A stretch of DNA of 64,000 nt from Desulfuromonadaceae bacterium. GTDB taxonomy: Bacteria; Desulfobacterota; Desulfuromonadia; Desulfuromonadales; Desulfuromonadaceae. Under the pieces are notes generated by a model. The model did no database searches. It saw only the letters and a list, made by a program, of their open reading frames with translations, and was not told the origin of the DNA. The DNA lies in contig JAVERW010000004.1 in assembly GCA_034006915.1 (NCBI GenBank), positions 8,458 to 72,457 of the forward strand. Direction: 5' to 3'. The number at the start of each line of letters is the position of its first letter. Position 1 is the stretch's first letter. Shown here one piece after another: positions 35,627 to 45,112 of the stretch. A program made the position numbers and the translations under genes.

Positions 35627-37762
35627 ATGGTAAAATACCCTAATTTCAATTATATCCTTTTTGTGTGCCTGAGCGTTATGGCAATGGCCCTTCCGGGGGC
35701 TTCTGTCGCCAGCACTTCTGTAGATCCTGCACATACAGTTCTCGATGACACCGTGGTCACGGCTACCCGTGCGGAAAAGTCCTCTTTTGCGACCCCGGTG
35801 ACCATCAGCGTGGTGAACAAAAAACAGATGGAGGAACAGAACTCTGTCACCTTCACCGATCTGATCAATGGAGTCGCTGGTGTCACCCTGAGCGGTGCCG
35901 GGCCGTGGGAGACCACGCCGACCATTCGCGGCATGGGCACCAATCGGGTGCTGGTGCTCTTTGACGGGGACCGTGAGACCAATCTGTGGGCGGGGCGCGC
36001 ACCACTGACTCCGTTTATTGACAGCAGCGATATCGAGCGGATCGAAGTGGTCAAGGGCCCTTCCTCAGTGCTCTACGGCAGCGACGCTCTCGGCGGGGTA
36101 GTCAACATTATCACCAAAGAGGTGGTACTGGCAGACAGCAACACCTGGCAGATGCAGCACCGCATCGGCACGCGCTATTCCTCTGTGGATGAGGGTCTGG
36201 TCGGCAACTACACCCTTAACGCCGGTGGTCACGGCTTCGGCATACGCCTCAAGGTGGCGGCTGAGGATCATGACGACTACGAAGTGGGCGATGGCGATGA
36301 TCTGCCCCATACCCAGTTTGAGAACAAGACCCTCAATCTGAAAACCCTCTACAACATCAACGACCATCATAGCGTCAGAGCCGAACTGCGCATCAACGAT
36401 ATCAACGACATGGGTGTGGCACAGAAAGATCCGGATGCTCCGGAATCTCACTTTACCCTGTACAACACCCGCACCTACAAACTCGGCTATGACGGCACTG
36501 ATCTGGGCATGGTGCAGCATCTGAAAACCCGCATGTTTCATGTAGATCAGAAACGGCGCTTTGTGGGTGATTTCCCCAACACGGCCAAGCAGGTTCACAA
36601 TCTTAAACAGAACACCATCGACACCACGGCCACGGGCGGTTCGCTGCAGGCGACCTTTGCACCGGGGCAGCATCAGCAGTGGATCACCGGACTGGAGATC
36701 GTCCACGAAACTACGGACTCCGCCGAAAGCCAGCAGATTTTCAGTACCACCAATGAGGCGCTGAAAAAACTACTTACTTTCCAGCCCGTGCCCGACGGCG
36801 AGCGCGACCACCTGGGGGTGTTTACCCAGAATGAGATCAGAGTAAATGAGCGCTGGAACCTGACCCTCGGCGGGCGTTACGATTACTTTGCCGCCGATGC
36901 GGATAATGTCACCATGAGCCAGAGCAGTTACAGCGCTGACGGCGTCAAGACTGCCCAGTCAGTCAATGAATTTTCCCGCGAGACGAATCAGGCCGTAACT
37001 TTCAGTCTTGGTTCCCTCTACGCGTTGAGCAACACCCTGCACCTGAGCACCAATCTGGGCACGGCGTTCCGTGCTCCGGATCTGTTTGAACGCTATTCAA
37101 CCCGGGGCGGTGGCAGCCAGGTGATCATAGGCAATCCGGATCTCGACGCCGAATACACCTACAACGCCGACCTGGGGCTCAAATATCAGTCAAGCCTTGC
37201 CCGTGGATATGTAAGCGTGTTCTACAACCGTATCGATAATTACATTGACTTGGTAAAACAGGACAGCTCGTTTCTTGGTTCCATTCCAACCTATGCTTAC
37301 GTCAATGTGGAGGATGCAGAACTTTACGGTTTTGATGCAGAGGCCACCATCCACCTTAGCCCGCGTCTCGATCTGGAGGGCGCCATCGCCTGGGTAGAAG
37401 GCAAGAACCGCGATACCCGTGAGCATATCAGCGCCATCGCCCCGCTCAACGGGCGTATCGGCCTGCGCTACGCCGCACCTTTGGTAAATGGGATGAGCTA
37501 CACCCTGCGCGCCCAGACCACCTTGTATGATCGTCAGCGCAATGTATCCGCAAGCGAAGAGGAGACTCCCGGCTACGCCACTGTTGATCTCCATGCCGGA
37601 TTCAATCTCGGTGCCCGGGGTATGTTTGAGGAGATAGATCTGAATGTGAGTCTTAAAAACCTTTTTGACCGGGGCTATCGCAGCCATCTGCGCTCGAGCC
37701 AGAAAACCTGGCTTTACGAACCGGGGCGCAATCTGGTAGTGGGTCTGAAATGTCTCTTTTAG
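35627..37762 (+). CDS. btuB: TonB-dependent outer-membrane receptor (cobalamin/BtuB-like by context)
   Basis: ATG 35627 after GGGAG. Signal peptide, plug motif DDTVVTATRAEKS, and a C-terminal ...VVGLKCLF ending in aromatic Phe. Preceded by a B12 riboswitch. Confidence 0.85.
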   Translation: MVKYPNFNYILFVCLSVMAMALPGASVASTSVDPAHTVLDDTVVTATRAEKSSFATPVTISVVNKKQMEEQNSVTFTDLINGVAGVTLSGAGPWETTPTIRGMGTNRVLVLFDGDRETNLWAGRAPLTPFIDSSDIERIEVVKGPSSVLYGSDALGGVVNIITKEVVLADSNTWQMQHRIGTRYSSVDEGLVGNYTLNAGGHGFGIRLKVAAEDHDDYEVGDGDDLPHTQFENKTLNLKTLYNINDHHSVRAELRINDINDMGVAQKDPDAPESHFTLYNTRTYKLGYDGTDLGMVQHLKTRMFHVDQKRRFVGDFPNTAKQVHNLKQNTIDTTATGGSLQATFAPGQHQQWITGLEIVHETTDSAESQQIFSTTNEALKKLLTFQPVPDGERDHLGVFTQNEIRVNERWNLTLGGRYDYFAADADNVTMSQSSYSADGVKTAQSVNEFSRETNQAVTFSLGSLYALSNTLHLSTNLGTAFRAPDLFERYSTRGGGSQVIIGNPDLDAEYTYNADLGLKYQSSLARGYVSVFYNRIDNYIDLVKQDSSFLGSIPTYAYVNVEDAELYGFDAEATIHLSPRLDLEGAIAWVEGKNRDTREHISAIAPLNGRIGLRYAAPLVNGMSYTLRAQTTLYDRQRNVSASEEETPGYATVDLHAGFNLGARGMFEEIDLNVSLKNLFDRGYRSHLRSSQKTWLYEPGRNLVVGLKCLF

Positions 37763-38898
37763 CGGATAAGACTTTGATTATAGATATACGCCATCTCGCC
37801 ATATTCCTTATGGTCGGACTGTTATTGGGACTAATCACATGTTCGTTCGCCTGTGCAGAGACAGATCCGGGTGGCTCGCGCATGGTAACCGACCTGGCCG
37901 GACGTGAAGTTGAAATATCGACTCCGGCCAAACGTCTGGTGGGAATCCATTCTGCCTTAAGTCTGCTGTGTTACATGGATCTGGCCCCGAAGGTGGTGGG
38001 GGTGGAGCATGAGGAGAAAGACCCGCGCCAGTGGGTGGGAGGCACCGGGCGTTCCTATCGCCTCGCCAATCCGCATCTCGGTGAGCTGCCCTCCATCGGC
38101 ACACGGCGTCAGATAGATGCCGAGGCCCTGGTGGCGCTCCAACCCGATGTGATCTTTATGGGCTGGGGTTCGCCGCGTGCCGCCGAACGACTGCAACAGC
38201 AGACCGGGATTCCGGTACTGATGGTGCACAACGGTAATCTCACCGAACAGCGCCATCTGTTTGAGCAATCCCTCGATCTGATCGCTTCGGTGTGTGAACG
38301 CTGCGGGCGTGCTGCGGAGATCAAAACATTTATTGACAACACCCTGAAGGATCTGCGTCAGCGCGTGGAAGAAGCCACAGGGTCCCCCACGGTGTACATC
38401 GGCGGACTCAACTTTCGCGTTGCCCACGGTCTGCTGGGTACCAGTCGTAATTATCCGCCTTTTGATCTACTGCAGGCCGACAATATCGCTGAACACATCT
38501 CCCCGCCGGACAACCTGGTGAAAGGGCGCTTTTCCATTGATGCAGAAAGTTTGATCAAAGCCGATCCTGAAGTAATATTCATTTGTGCCAGCGGTGAGGA
38601 CATGGTGCGTGATGACCTGAAGCATCCGGCTTTTGCCGCCTTGGGTGGGGTGCGCCGCAAGCAACTGTACCGTATTATCCCTCACTACTACGCACCCAGC
38701 CCCGATACAGTGCTGGCGGAGACCTATTACATAGGGACAGTTCTGTATCCCGAGGTCTTTGACGATGTGGATATTGCAGCTACGGCCGATCGCCTTTACC
38801 GCTTTTTCGTCGGCACGCCTCTCTACGCGCAGATGTCCGAAACTTTTGGACCTTTTGGCGCTCTAAATACAAACGATGCGGATGGCCCGTCGTCATGA
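37750..38898 (+). CDS. btuF: ABC transporter periplasmic binding protein (BtuF/FepB class)
   Basis: N-terminal hydrophobic signal. Peripla_BP_2-like LVGIHSALSLLCYMDLAPKVVGV...ALQPDVIFMGWG. Sits directly upstream of the FecCD permease. Confidence 0.7.
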   Translation: MSLLADKTLIIDIRHLAIFLMVGLLLGLITCSFACAETDPGGSRMVTDLAGREVEISTPAKRLVGIHSALSLLCYMDLAPKVVGVEHEEKDPRQWVGGTGRSYRLANPHLGELPSIGTRRQIDAEALVALQPDVIFMGWGSPRAAERLQQQTGIPVLMVHNGNLTEQRHLFEQSLDLIASVCERCGRAAEIKTFIDNTLKDLRQRVEEATGSPTVYIGGLNFRVAHGLLGTSRNYPPFDLLQADNIAEHISPPDNLVKGRFSIDAESLIKADPEVIFICASGEDMVRDDLKHPAFAALGGVRRKQLYRIIPHYYAPSPDTVLAETYYIGTVLYPEVFDDVDIAATADRLYRFFVGTPLYAQMSETFGPFGALNTNDADGPSS

Positions 38899-39920
38899 GT
38901 GTGCGCCGGACCTATTATCAACGTCAGCGCCGCCTTACTGCAGGCTGGGTTCTAACCCTGCTGGCTCTAGGGGTGCTCACTTTGTTCGCTCTGAGTAGCG
39001 GAGCGATGGATATCGACTGGGGAGGAATATTCTCCGGTACAGATCATGGCCTCAGCGCCTCTCAGCGGGTATTGGTGCATATTAGACTGCCACGCGCCTG
39101 TAGCGCCATCCTCGGCGGCGCGGCCCTGGCTACGGCAGGGCTCATCCTACAGGTATTGCTTAACAATCCACTGGCCTCTCCCTCCACCCTTGGCATCTCC
39201 CAAGGTGCATCCTTTGGCGCGGCGTGCGGTATCTGGCTGCTGTCCTCCTCTGCGGATCTGTCCGCAACCCCCTGGCTGGTAACTGGTCTGGCCTTTGCCG
39301 GAGCCATGACCACCACTTTGCTGATTCTTGCTTTGAGTCTGTGGCGCAATTGTGGGCGTGAGACCATTATTCTCGCCGGAGTGGCGTTGAGCGCCTTGTT
39401 TGTCGCCGCTACCACCCTGCTGCAGTACCTGGCTGACGATACCCAGCTAGCTGCCATTGTCCACTGGAGTTTTGGCGATGTCGGGCGCGCCGGCTGGAAG
39501 GATATCCGGATACTTTCCGGGATTACCTTTGTCGGCCTGGTAGCATTGTGGAGTCAGCGCCGTGCGTTCAATGCCCTAATGTGCGGGCATGACACTGCCA
39601 CCACCCTCGGCTTGCATGTTACCCGTCTGCGCCTGGGCGGTGTTGCATTGGTGGCTCTAATGACCGCCACCACCGTCACCATCCTTGGGGTTATCAGTTT
39701 CATCGGTTTGGTTGCCCCCCATCTAGTGCGTCTCCTCGTCGGGGACAGTGTAGTGGCGCGCCTGCCGTTATGCGCTCTGTGTGGCGCTATTTTACTCCTG
39801 CTCGCCGATCTAAGCGGGCGCACCCTAATGGCACCGCTAACCTTCCCCGCCGGGGTGGTGACCGCGTTTCTCGGCGCGCCGCTGTTTCTTGCGCTGTTGT
39901 TTTCCCGGGAGCAGCCATGA
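38895..39920 (+). CDS. btuC: FecCD-family ABC permease (BtuC-like)
   Basis: 341 aa, polytopic. RLPRACSAILGGAALATAGLILQVLLNNPLASPSTLGIS is the FecCD signature region. Confidence 0.85.
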   Translation: MSVRRTYYQRQRRLTAGWVLTLLALGVLTLFALSSGAMDIDWGGIFSGTDHGLSASQRVLVHIRLPRACSAILGGAALATAGLILQVLLNNPLASPSTLGISQGASFGAACGIWLLSSSADLSATPWLVTGLAFAGAMTTTLLILALSLWRNCGRETIILAGVALSALFVAATTLLQYLADDTQLAAIVHWSFGDVGRAGWKDIRILSGITFVGLVALWSQRRAFNALMCGHDTATTLGLHVTRLRLGGVALVALMTATTVTILGVISFIGLVAPHLVRLLVGDSVVARLPLCALCGAILLLLADLSGRTLMAPLTFPAGVVTAFLGAPLFLALLFSREQP

Positions 39921-40708
39921 ACCTGACCCTGAAGCAACTCAGTTTTGCCTATCGCGGCTCTCCGCAGCTCCTCCACGCGCTCGACACCTCTTTGGCCGAT
40001 GGTGAGCTTACCGCTCTACTCGGAGTCAACGGGTCGGGTAAATCCACCCTGCTCAAGCTGATAGCCGGCATCCTTAAACCCGGGCGCGGCGACATCGTTC
40101 TTGGCGCCCCGTTAAAGCGCTCCCTTAGGCAGCTTGGCCCCAGGCACATCGCACGCTACTGTGCCTATGTCGCCCAGAACACCCATCCCTCGGTTTTGTC
40201 AGTATTTGACTACGTACTCCTTGGACGTCTGCCTCATCAGCACGGTTTTTCGGCCAGAGCGTCGTCGTACGATCTGGATGTGGTGGAACAGAGCCTGGAA
40301 CACATGGAACTCACCTCTCTGGCTGACAGATCCATGACCAGGCTTAGTGGAGGTCAGATTCAGATGGCAGTGCTTGCCCGCGCTCTGGCCCAGCAACCCG
40401 CCATCCTCCTTCTCGACGAACCCACCAGCAACCTCGATCCCAGACATCAGGTTCTGCTGATGGATAAACTCCGTGGTGCCAGCCAGGAGCATGGCACCAC
40501 GGTGATTTTCAGTATGCACGATGTCAATCTCGCCCTGCAGTGGGCTGACCAGGTACTGCTGCTCCACAAAGGGGAGCTGTTGCGGCACATTCCAACCGAT
40601 CAGCTGTCCACGACCGACCTCTCAACCCTGTTTGACCTCAGTTACCAGGAACATGATACAGAAAAAGGGCAGCGCTGGTTCAGGCCCAGAATAGATCAAG
40701 GTATCTAA
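39917..40708 (+). CDS. btuD: ABC transporter ATP-binding protein (BtuD/FecE-like)
   Basis: ATG 39917 (ATGA overlap). Walker A GVNGSGKSTLLK, signature LSGGQ, Walker B LLLDEPT. Confidence 0.88.
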   Translation: MNLTLKQLSFAYRGSPQLLHALDTSLADGELTALLGVNGSGKSTLLKLIAGILKPGRGDIVLGAPLKRSLRQLGPRHIARYCAYVAQNTHPSVLSVFDYVLLGRLPHQHGFSARASSYDLDVVEQSLEHMELTSLADRSMTRLSGGQIQMAVLARALAQQPAILLLDEPTSNLDPRHQVLLMDKLRGASQEHGTTVIFSMHDVNLALQWADQVLLLHKGELLRHIPTDQLSTTDLSTLFDLSYQEHDTEKGQRWFRPRIDQGI

Positions 40709-40921
40709 GCTTGGTCATGAGCCTTTTCAGCATGGTGGCATCTACGTTTCTGAATCAGTGCGACTGGGGGCTTTACGTATATGTTTGTAAGCAGAGTGCT
40801 TGCAAAGGCATAAATTAGCTTATAATGGCAGTAAATAGAGATCTTAGGATATTATCCCCCCCCTTTTATTATGTAAAATAGATAACTTGCAAAAAAATTA
40901 GTTTGTCGCTAATATTGACGT

Positions 40922-42136
40922 ATGGACATTTTTTCAATACATCCGCTGATGCCGGAAAACACAAAGACTCTTCAGGACCTCGCATTGACTGTAGCTACCA
41001 GGTCCGGAGAGATTGCGGGTAAGCTCCATCCTAAAACCAGCCTCGCTGTTGAGGATTTGTTGCGCATTGTAAACAGCTACTACTCCAATTTGATTGAGGG
41101 CAATAGTACCCATCCCAGCGACATAGAACGCGCAACTCGTGGTGACCTGGACACCGATCCTGCGAATAGAGAACTGCAACTTGAAAGCAAGGCCCATATA
41201 TACTGCCAAAAAAAGATAGATGGATGCATAAAAGAGAATACCCCTCTGAATGTTACCACTCCGGATTTTCTGCGCTGGATCCATAAAACCTTCTACGACC
41301 GGATGCCGGATGCTATGCAGTATGTTACGCATAGCGAAACGCAGGAGAGGTTGTTTGTTTATGGGGGTAAATTCAGAGAGCGCAGTGTAAAGGTCGGACG
41401 TCACGTTCCTCCTGAGAGTTCCCTGGTTCCAGGTCTGCTGGATATTTTTGCCAAAGAATACGGCGGCAGGGTTCATGGAGCCAATAAGATTATCGCTGCT
41501 GCTGCAGCCCACCATAGACTGATGTGGGTGCATCCGTTTCTTGACGGCAATGGCAGGGTCGCAAGGTTGTTTACTGACGCCTATTTCAAAACCATCCCGC
41601 TACCGGGATACGGCATCTGGAATGTAAGTCGCGGCCTGGCTCGTGATCGGGATAACTACAAGTCAATGCTGGCTGTCGCGGATAAAACACGCCAGGGAAA
41701 TTATGATGGGCGCGGATATCTGTCCTCTAGACATCTTACCGAGTTCTGCGAATACTTCCTTGATATCTGCGTTGACCAGATAAACTACATGTCCGGATTG
41801 CTCGACCTGGATGGACTTCTCAAACGCGTAGATTCTTACGTTAACTTACGCAATAAGCACATTATTCCCGATCCCTTGCCCCAACGCTACCAGGGCTTAA
41901 AAAAAGAGGCTGCACCCATCATAAAAGAGGTAATCCTGCAGGGCGAATTGGGCAGGGGAGAGGCTGCAGCATATTCGGGTTTAAAAAGAGCCGGACGGGA
42001 TATCCTCAAGCAGTTGGTTGACGAAAAGATTCTTATATCGGATATGCCCAAAAGTCCTGTGCGGTTCGGCCTGCCAACCAGCATGGCTGTATGGATTTTT
42101 CCGGAATTGTATCCGAATAAAGAGATTGCGAAGTAA
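40922..42136 (+). CDS. Fic-family protein (AMPylase-type Fic motif)
   Basis: HHRLMWVHPFLDGNGRVARLF matches HxFx(D/E)GNGRxxR. 404 aa. Confidence 0.85.
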   Translation: MDIFSIHPLMPENTKTLQDLALTVATRSGEIAGKLHPKTSLAVEDLLRIVNSYYSNLIEGNSTHPSDIERATRGDLDTDPANRELQLESKAHIYCQKKIDGCIKENTPLNVTTPDFLRWIHKTFYDRMPDAMQYVTHSETQERLFVYGGKFRERSVKVGRHVPPESSLVPGLLDIFAKEYGGRVHGANKIIAAAAAHHRLMWVHPFLDGNGRVARLFTDAYFKTIPLPGYGIWNVSRGLARDRDNYKSMLAVADKTRQGNYDGRGYLSSRHLTEFCEYFLDICVDQINYMSGLLDLDGLLKRVDSYVNLRNKHIIPDPLPQRYQGLKKEAAPIIKEVILQGELGRGEAAAYSGLKRAGRDILKQLVDEKILISDMPKSPVRFGLPTSMAVWIFPELYPNKEIAK

Positions 42137-42256
42137 ACTTGATTTCTCAAAAGCTACGGTCAAATGATAGGGAGTAAAACATAGGGTATTACCCTCTCAA
42201 AAGGTTGTCCCCATTGTTTTGATAGGCTTTTATCAAAAAGTTAAGGAGTTTATGCA

Positions 42257-42751
42257 ATGATTGTCGGTTATGCCAGGGTATCCACCACCTTGAGACTCAG
42301 ATTGAGCAGCTAGGGCAAAGAAGGAACGCCCGGAACTCGAAGCCACATTCGATTTTATACGCGACGGTGATTCCGTGGTTTGCTACAAGCTGGATCGCAT
42401 TGCCCGGAGTACCAGACACCCGTTGGAGATAGTGGAGCATCTGGAAGAGTAGGGCGTTGCCTTAGGGGTTTGAATATTAATCTTACGCGGGAACACCCAC
42501 CGGAAAGTTGATGCTAACCATGCTTGCTGGTATTGCACAGTTCGAGCGGGGAATGATGCTGGAGCGCCAGGCTGAAGGGATCGCCATGGCTAAAAGGGCG
42601 GGGCGATTCAATGGGTCATTCAGTTATCAAGAACAAGACCGAACAGATTTACCAGATGTTGCAGCAGGGGAGACCGAAGGCGCAAATTGCCAGAGAGTTT
42701 AAGATAGGTGTTGCTTCTGTATATAGGGTTTTAAAATCTCGGAGCATTTAG
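42257..42751 (+). pseudogene. decayed serine recombinase (resolvase/invertase family)
   Basis: MIVGYARVSTT then a deletion and stop. Other frames give PELEATFDFIRDGDSVVCYKLDRIARSTRH, TGKLMLTMLAGIAQFERGMMLERQAEGIAMAKRAG and KAQIAREFKIGVASVYRVL. At least three frame changes plus internal stops. Confidence 0.8.
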
Positions 42752-42825
42752 GCGAAATACCCAGGATTATTTAAGGTCACTCTATTGTTTTAGAGGAGAA
42801 GGATGCAGAAAGTAGATTTGTCTTG

Positions 42826-42887
42826 TTGACTTAACAGTCATCCCTTGTTATGCTTGCGCAGCAAGCATAACAAGGGATGACTGTTAA
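42826..42887 (+). promoter_or_regulatory. promoter P1 embedded in a 27-bp-arm perfect palindrome (candidate AbiEi operator 1)
   Basis: TTGACT (42826-42831), 17 nt spacer, TATGCT (42849-42854). Palindrome arms 42831-42857 and 42861-42887 with loop GCA. Confidence 0.55.
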
Positions 42888-42920
42888 AGTGGTGTTGTGA
42901 TCTGTAAGTCTTAAGAGTGT

Positions 42921-42980
42921 TTGACAAGTGTGATTACTTGCTTTATGCTTGCGTAGCAAGCATAAAGCAAGTAATCACAC
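42921..42980 (+). promoter_or_regulatory. promoter P2 embedded in a 25-bp-arm perfect palindrome (candidate AbiEi operator 2)
   Basis: TTGACA (42921-42926), 17 nt spacer, TATGCT (42944-42949). Palindrome arms 42928-42952 and 42956-42980 with loop GTA. Shares the core TTATGCTTGC-N3-GCAAGCATAA with operator 1. Confidence 0.55.
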
Positions 42981-42999
42981 TTATGAAGCATTTATCACT

Positions 43000-43950
43000 A
43001 TGCCTTTATCAAAAACTCTCCATCCTTACTGGGAAATCTACCTCAAGGAACTCTTTGAGCAGTTATCAAAGCCCTCCGCCGAGATCCCTTCAACAAGATG
43101 CTTAACCAGGAAAACGTTTACATCTCTACATGGTAAGATTATTAAAAACCTATCTTTGCCATCTACGTTCCCAAGTGGTTTACAATGCCTGAGACTCTTA
43201 TCGTCCATGGGACTAGCCTCTGAAATAGATATAGACAAACATGAGGGATCGGCACCTTCAAAAGAATTCTATCTATTGGGAGTTAGCTCTTCTAGTAGCC
43301 CGTATGTTGATCCTGTAGAGATACTTCAAGCATACAAGCCCGATGGCGTTATTTGTTTTTTTAGTGCTCTATCATACTACGAGCTAACAACTCAATTTCC
43401 AACACACCACCACATCGCAATAATTACTGATCGAATGCCAGCGGCTAAATCAGAAAAGTCCGCCTGCCAATTTCGCGCGAAAAAAAAGAGCCCAATAAAA
43501 CTAGGATCTATAGCTTTCCATTATCAAGAAACTCCTTTTTATACAGTAACTAGGAGTAGAAGCACAATCCCAAGCATCAAAAACAGAAGACTCAACCCAA
43601 AAACAAATATTAAAATGACATCAAAGGAGCAGACCTTACTCGACACACTTCACTACCCTCTTCATTGTGGTGGACCTGAGGTTATTTTGGAAGCATGGGA
43701 TACACTTTTGAAAAATTTAGACGAAGGGAATTTCGTGAAGATTATTAAGCAAATCAATTCGTCGCACCTTACAAGAAGGTTAGGAGCATTGTTTGATTAT
43801 TTAGGATATCATCCCCAAATTGAATTATGTGAAATTCTAGAGGAATCCAAACAGAGAGCCCAGAGTTCCTCAGAAATCAGTGGGATTCCACTATTTCGAG
43901 GAATTCAATATTCTAACACCAATACAGACTGGAAAGTATTTACAAGTTAA
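43000..43950 (+). CDS. abiEi: AbiEi-like antitoxin/transcriptional regulator (type IV TA)
   Basis: ATG 43000 chosen just after the operator. Sits immediately upstream (8 nt) of an AbiEii gene. The segment ICFFSALSYYELTTQFPTHHHIA resembles the conserved AbiEi core. Confidence 0.6.
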   Translation: MPLSKTLHPYWEIYLKELFEQLSKPSAEIPSTRCLTRKTFTSLHGKIIKNLSLPSTFPSGLQCLRLLSSMGLASEIDIDKHEGSAPSKEFYLLGVSSSSSPYVDPVEILQAYKPDGVICFFSALSYYELTTQFPTHHHIAIITDRMPAAKSEKSACQFRAKKKSPIKLGSIAFHYQETPFYTVTRSRSTIPSIKNRRLNPKTNIKMTSKEQTLLDTLHYPLHCGGPEVILEAWDTLLKNLDEGNFVKIIKQINSSHLTRRLGALFDYLGYHPQIELCEILEESKQRAQSSSEISGIPLFRGIQYSNTNTDWKVFTS

Positions 43951-43958
43951 GGACCTCA

Positions 43959-44846
43959 ATGAATAAAAGTCAGTTAAATTTTTGGAAAAAAAACGCTCTA
44001 CTGCACGTTTTATCAGCACTAGCTGAAAACAACGAGATCAGGGAGATCTTGATTTTTAAAGGAGCCCTTATCCTAAATCGGCACCTTGACACTGAAAGAA
44101 TGTCTCTTGATATTGATAGCAACCTTGATATCGATTTCAGTCTTCAACTTCCAGAACGTGAGAGTCAAAAACAATTTCTAGAAGAACACATTCCTGTCGC
44201 CATCGAACGCTATTTTGAAAAGCAAGATCCGGTTAGATATCAACTTAAAAATTTAAGAATAGATTTAAGTCCTCCTAGCGATCACCCAAGAGGGTGGGAT
44301 GCGTTTTGTGTCAAAGTCACCCTTGATGATTATGAAAATGAAGGAATCAGAGGTTTGCCAGCTCTGACAATTGATGTCGCGGCACCTGAAGTTCTCAGTG
44401 ATGCATCTGTTCAAAAAATGGACTGGAATTCTTCCAGTATTAGAGCATATACACTAGAAAGAATTGCCGGAGAGAAGTCTAGAGCCTTTTTGAGCACACT
44501 CCCAACCTACAGAAGCAAAATGAAAAAACCAGGTGAGGCTATTAGAACAAAAGACCTCTATGACCTTGCACGGATATTAAAAGCTGTCCCTATACATGAC
44601 AAAGGGTTTTGGCAAATAGCAGGAAAGGAATTTCGACTGGCATGTAAATCCCGCTTTATAGATTGTCATGGAATTGATTCTTTTAAAGAAAGCTGGGGAT
44701 CAACTAAAGAAGCCTTTGAAAGCGATAAAATCATCCCACCAGATATTAGATTTGAAATTATCGAAAATACACTCGACGAGATAATTAGCTTTTGGATTGA
44801 AGAAGGGATCATTCCTTTTGAATTTCCCCTTCAAGATGAAAAATAG
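43959..44846 (+). CDS. abiEii: AbiEii/AbiGii-family nucleotidyltransferase toxin
   Basis: ILIFKGALILNRHL...ERMSLDIDSNLDIDF fits the FKGGTAL...S.D(I/L)DF NTase motif. 295 aa. Confidence 0.75.
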   Translation: MNKSQLNFWKKNALLHVLSALAENNEIREILIFKGALILNRHLDTERMSLDIDSNLDIDFSLQLPERESQKQFLEEHIPVAIERYFEKQDPVRYQLKNLRIDLSPPSDHPRGWDAFCVKVTLDDYENEGIRGLPALTIDVAAPEVLSDASVQKMDWNSSSIRAYTLERIAGEKSRAFLSTLPTYRSKMKKPGEAIRTKDLYDLARILKAVPIHDKGFWQIAGKEFRLACKSRFIDCHGIDSFKESWGSTKEAFESDKIIPPDIRFEIIENTLDEIISFWIEEGIIPFEFPLQDEK

Positions 44847-45058
44847 ATGAATATCTCAAAAAGCTTATAAGCGTTGGCGCTAGTCACGTTAAAATAAAAC
44901 AGTAACTTATCACTCGCACCTACTTAGCCTTTAGGGAGGGTGCCCCTTGGCCTAGATATGGTGAGAAATTTTATCTTTTGAAGAGGTCTTGCTGGACTTC
45001 AACACTACCCAAACCCCGAGTATAACTATTAAGGGCTGATTCCTCAGTCTATCAAAAC

Positions 45059-45099
45059 CCACGACTTGAGCTGCCATGTATGGCTAGATCAAGTCGTGG
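45059..45099 (-). terminator. intrinsic terminator of minus-strand gene 45113-45616
   Basis: 11-bp perfect stem CCACGACTTGA (45059-45069) / TCAAGTCGTGG (45089-45099), followed on the minus strand by GTTTTGAT. Confidence 0.5.
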
Positions 45100-45112
45100 A
45101 TTAATTGATTGT

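Noticed and set aside
35650-36706. Minus-strand ORFs inside btuB (35650-36054, 36065-36706)
   Set aside because: They are antisense to a well-supported TonB-dependent receptor and carry no motifs.
42831-42980. The two long palindromes as IS/transposon terminal inverted repeats, or as simple terminators of the resolvase pseudogene
   Set aside because: Each palindrome is self-complementary rather than paired with a distant partner. No transposase is enclosed and there is no T-tract after the hairpins. Both contain well-spaced -35/-10 boxes facing abiEi, so an operator-promoter reading fits better.
42917-43105. 62-aa ORF and the 42949 start of the AbiEi ORF
   Set aside because: Both begin inside the operator palindrome. 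ATG 43000 just downstream is the more plausible abiEi start. The 62-aa frame overlaps it out of frame and has no support.
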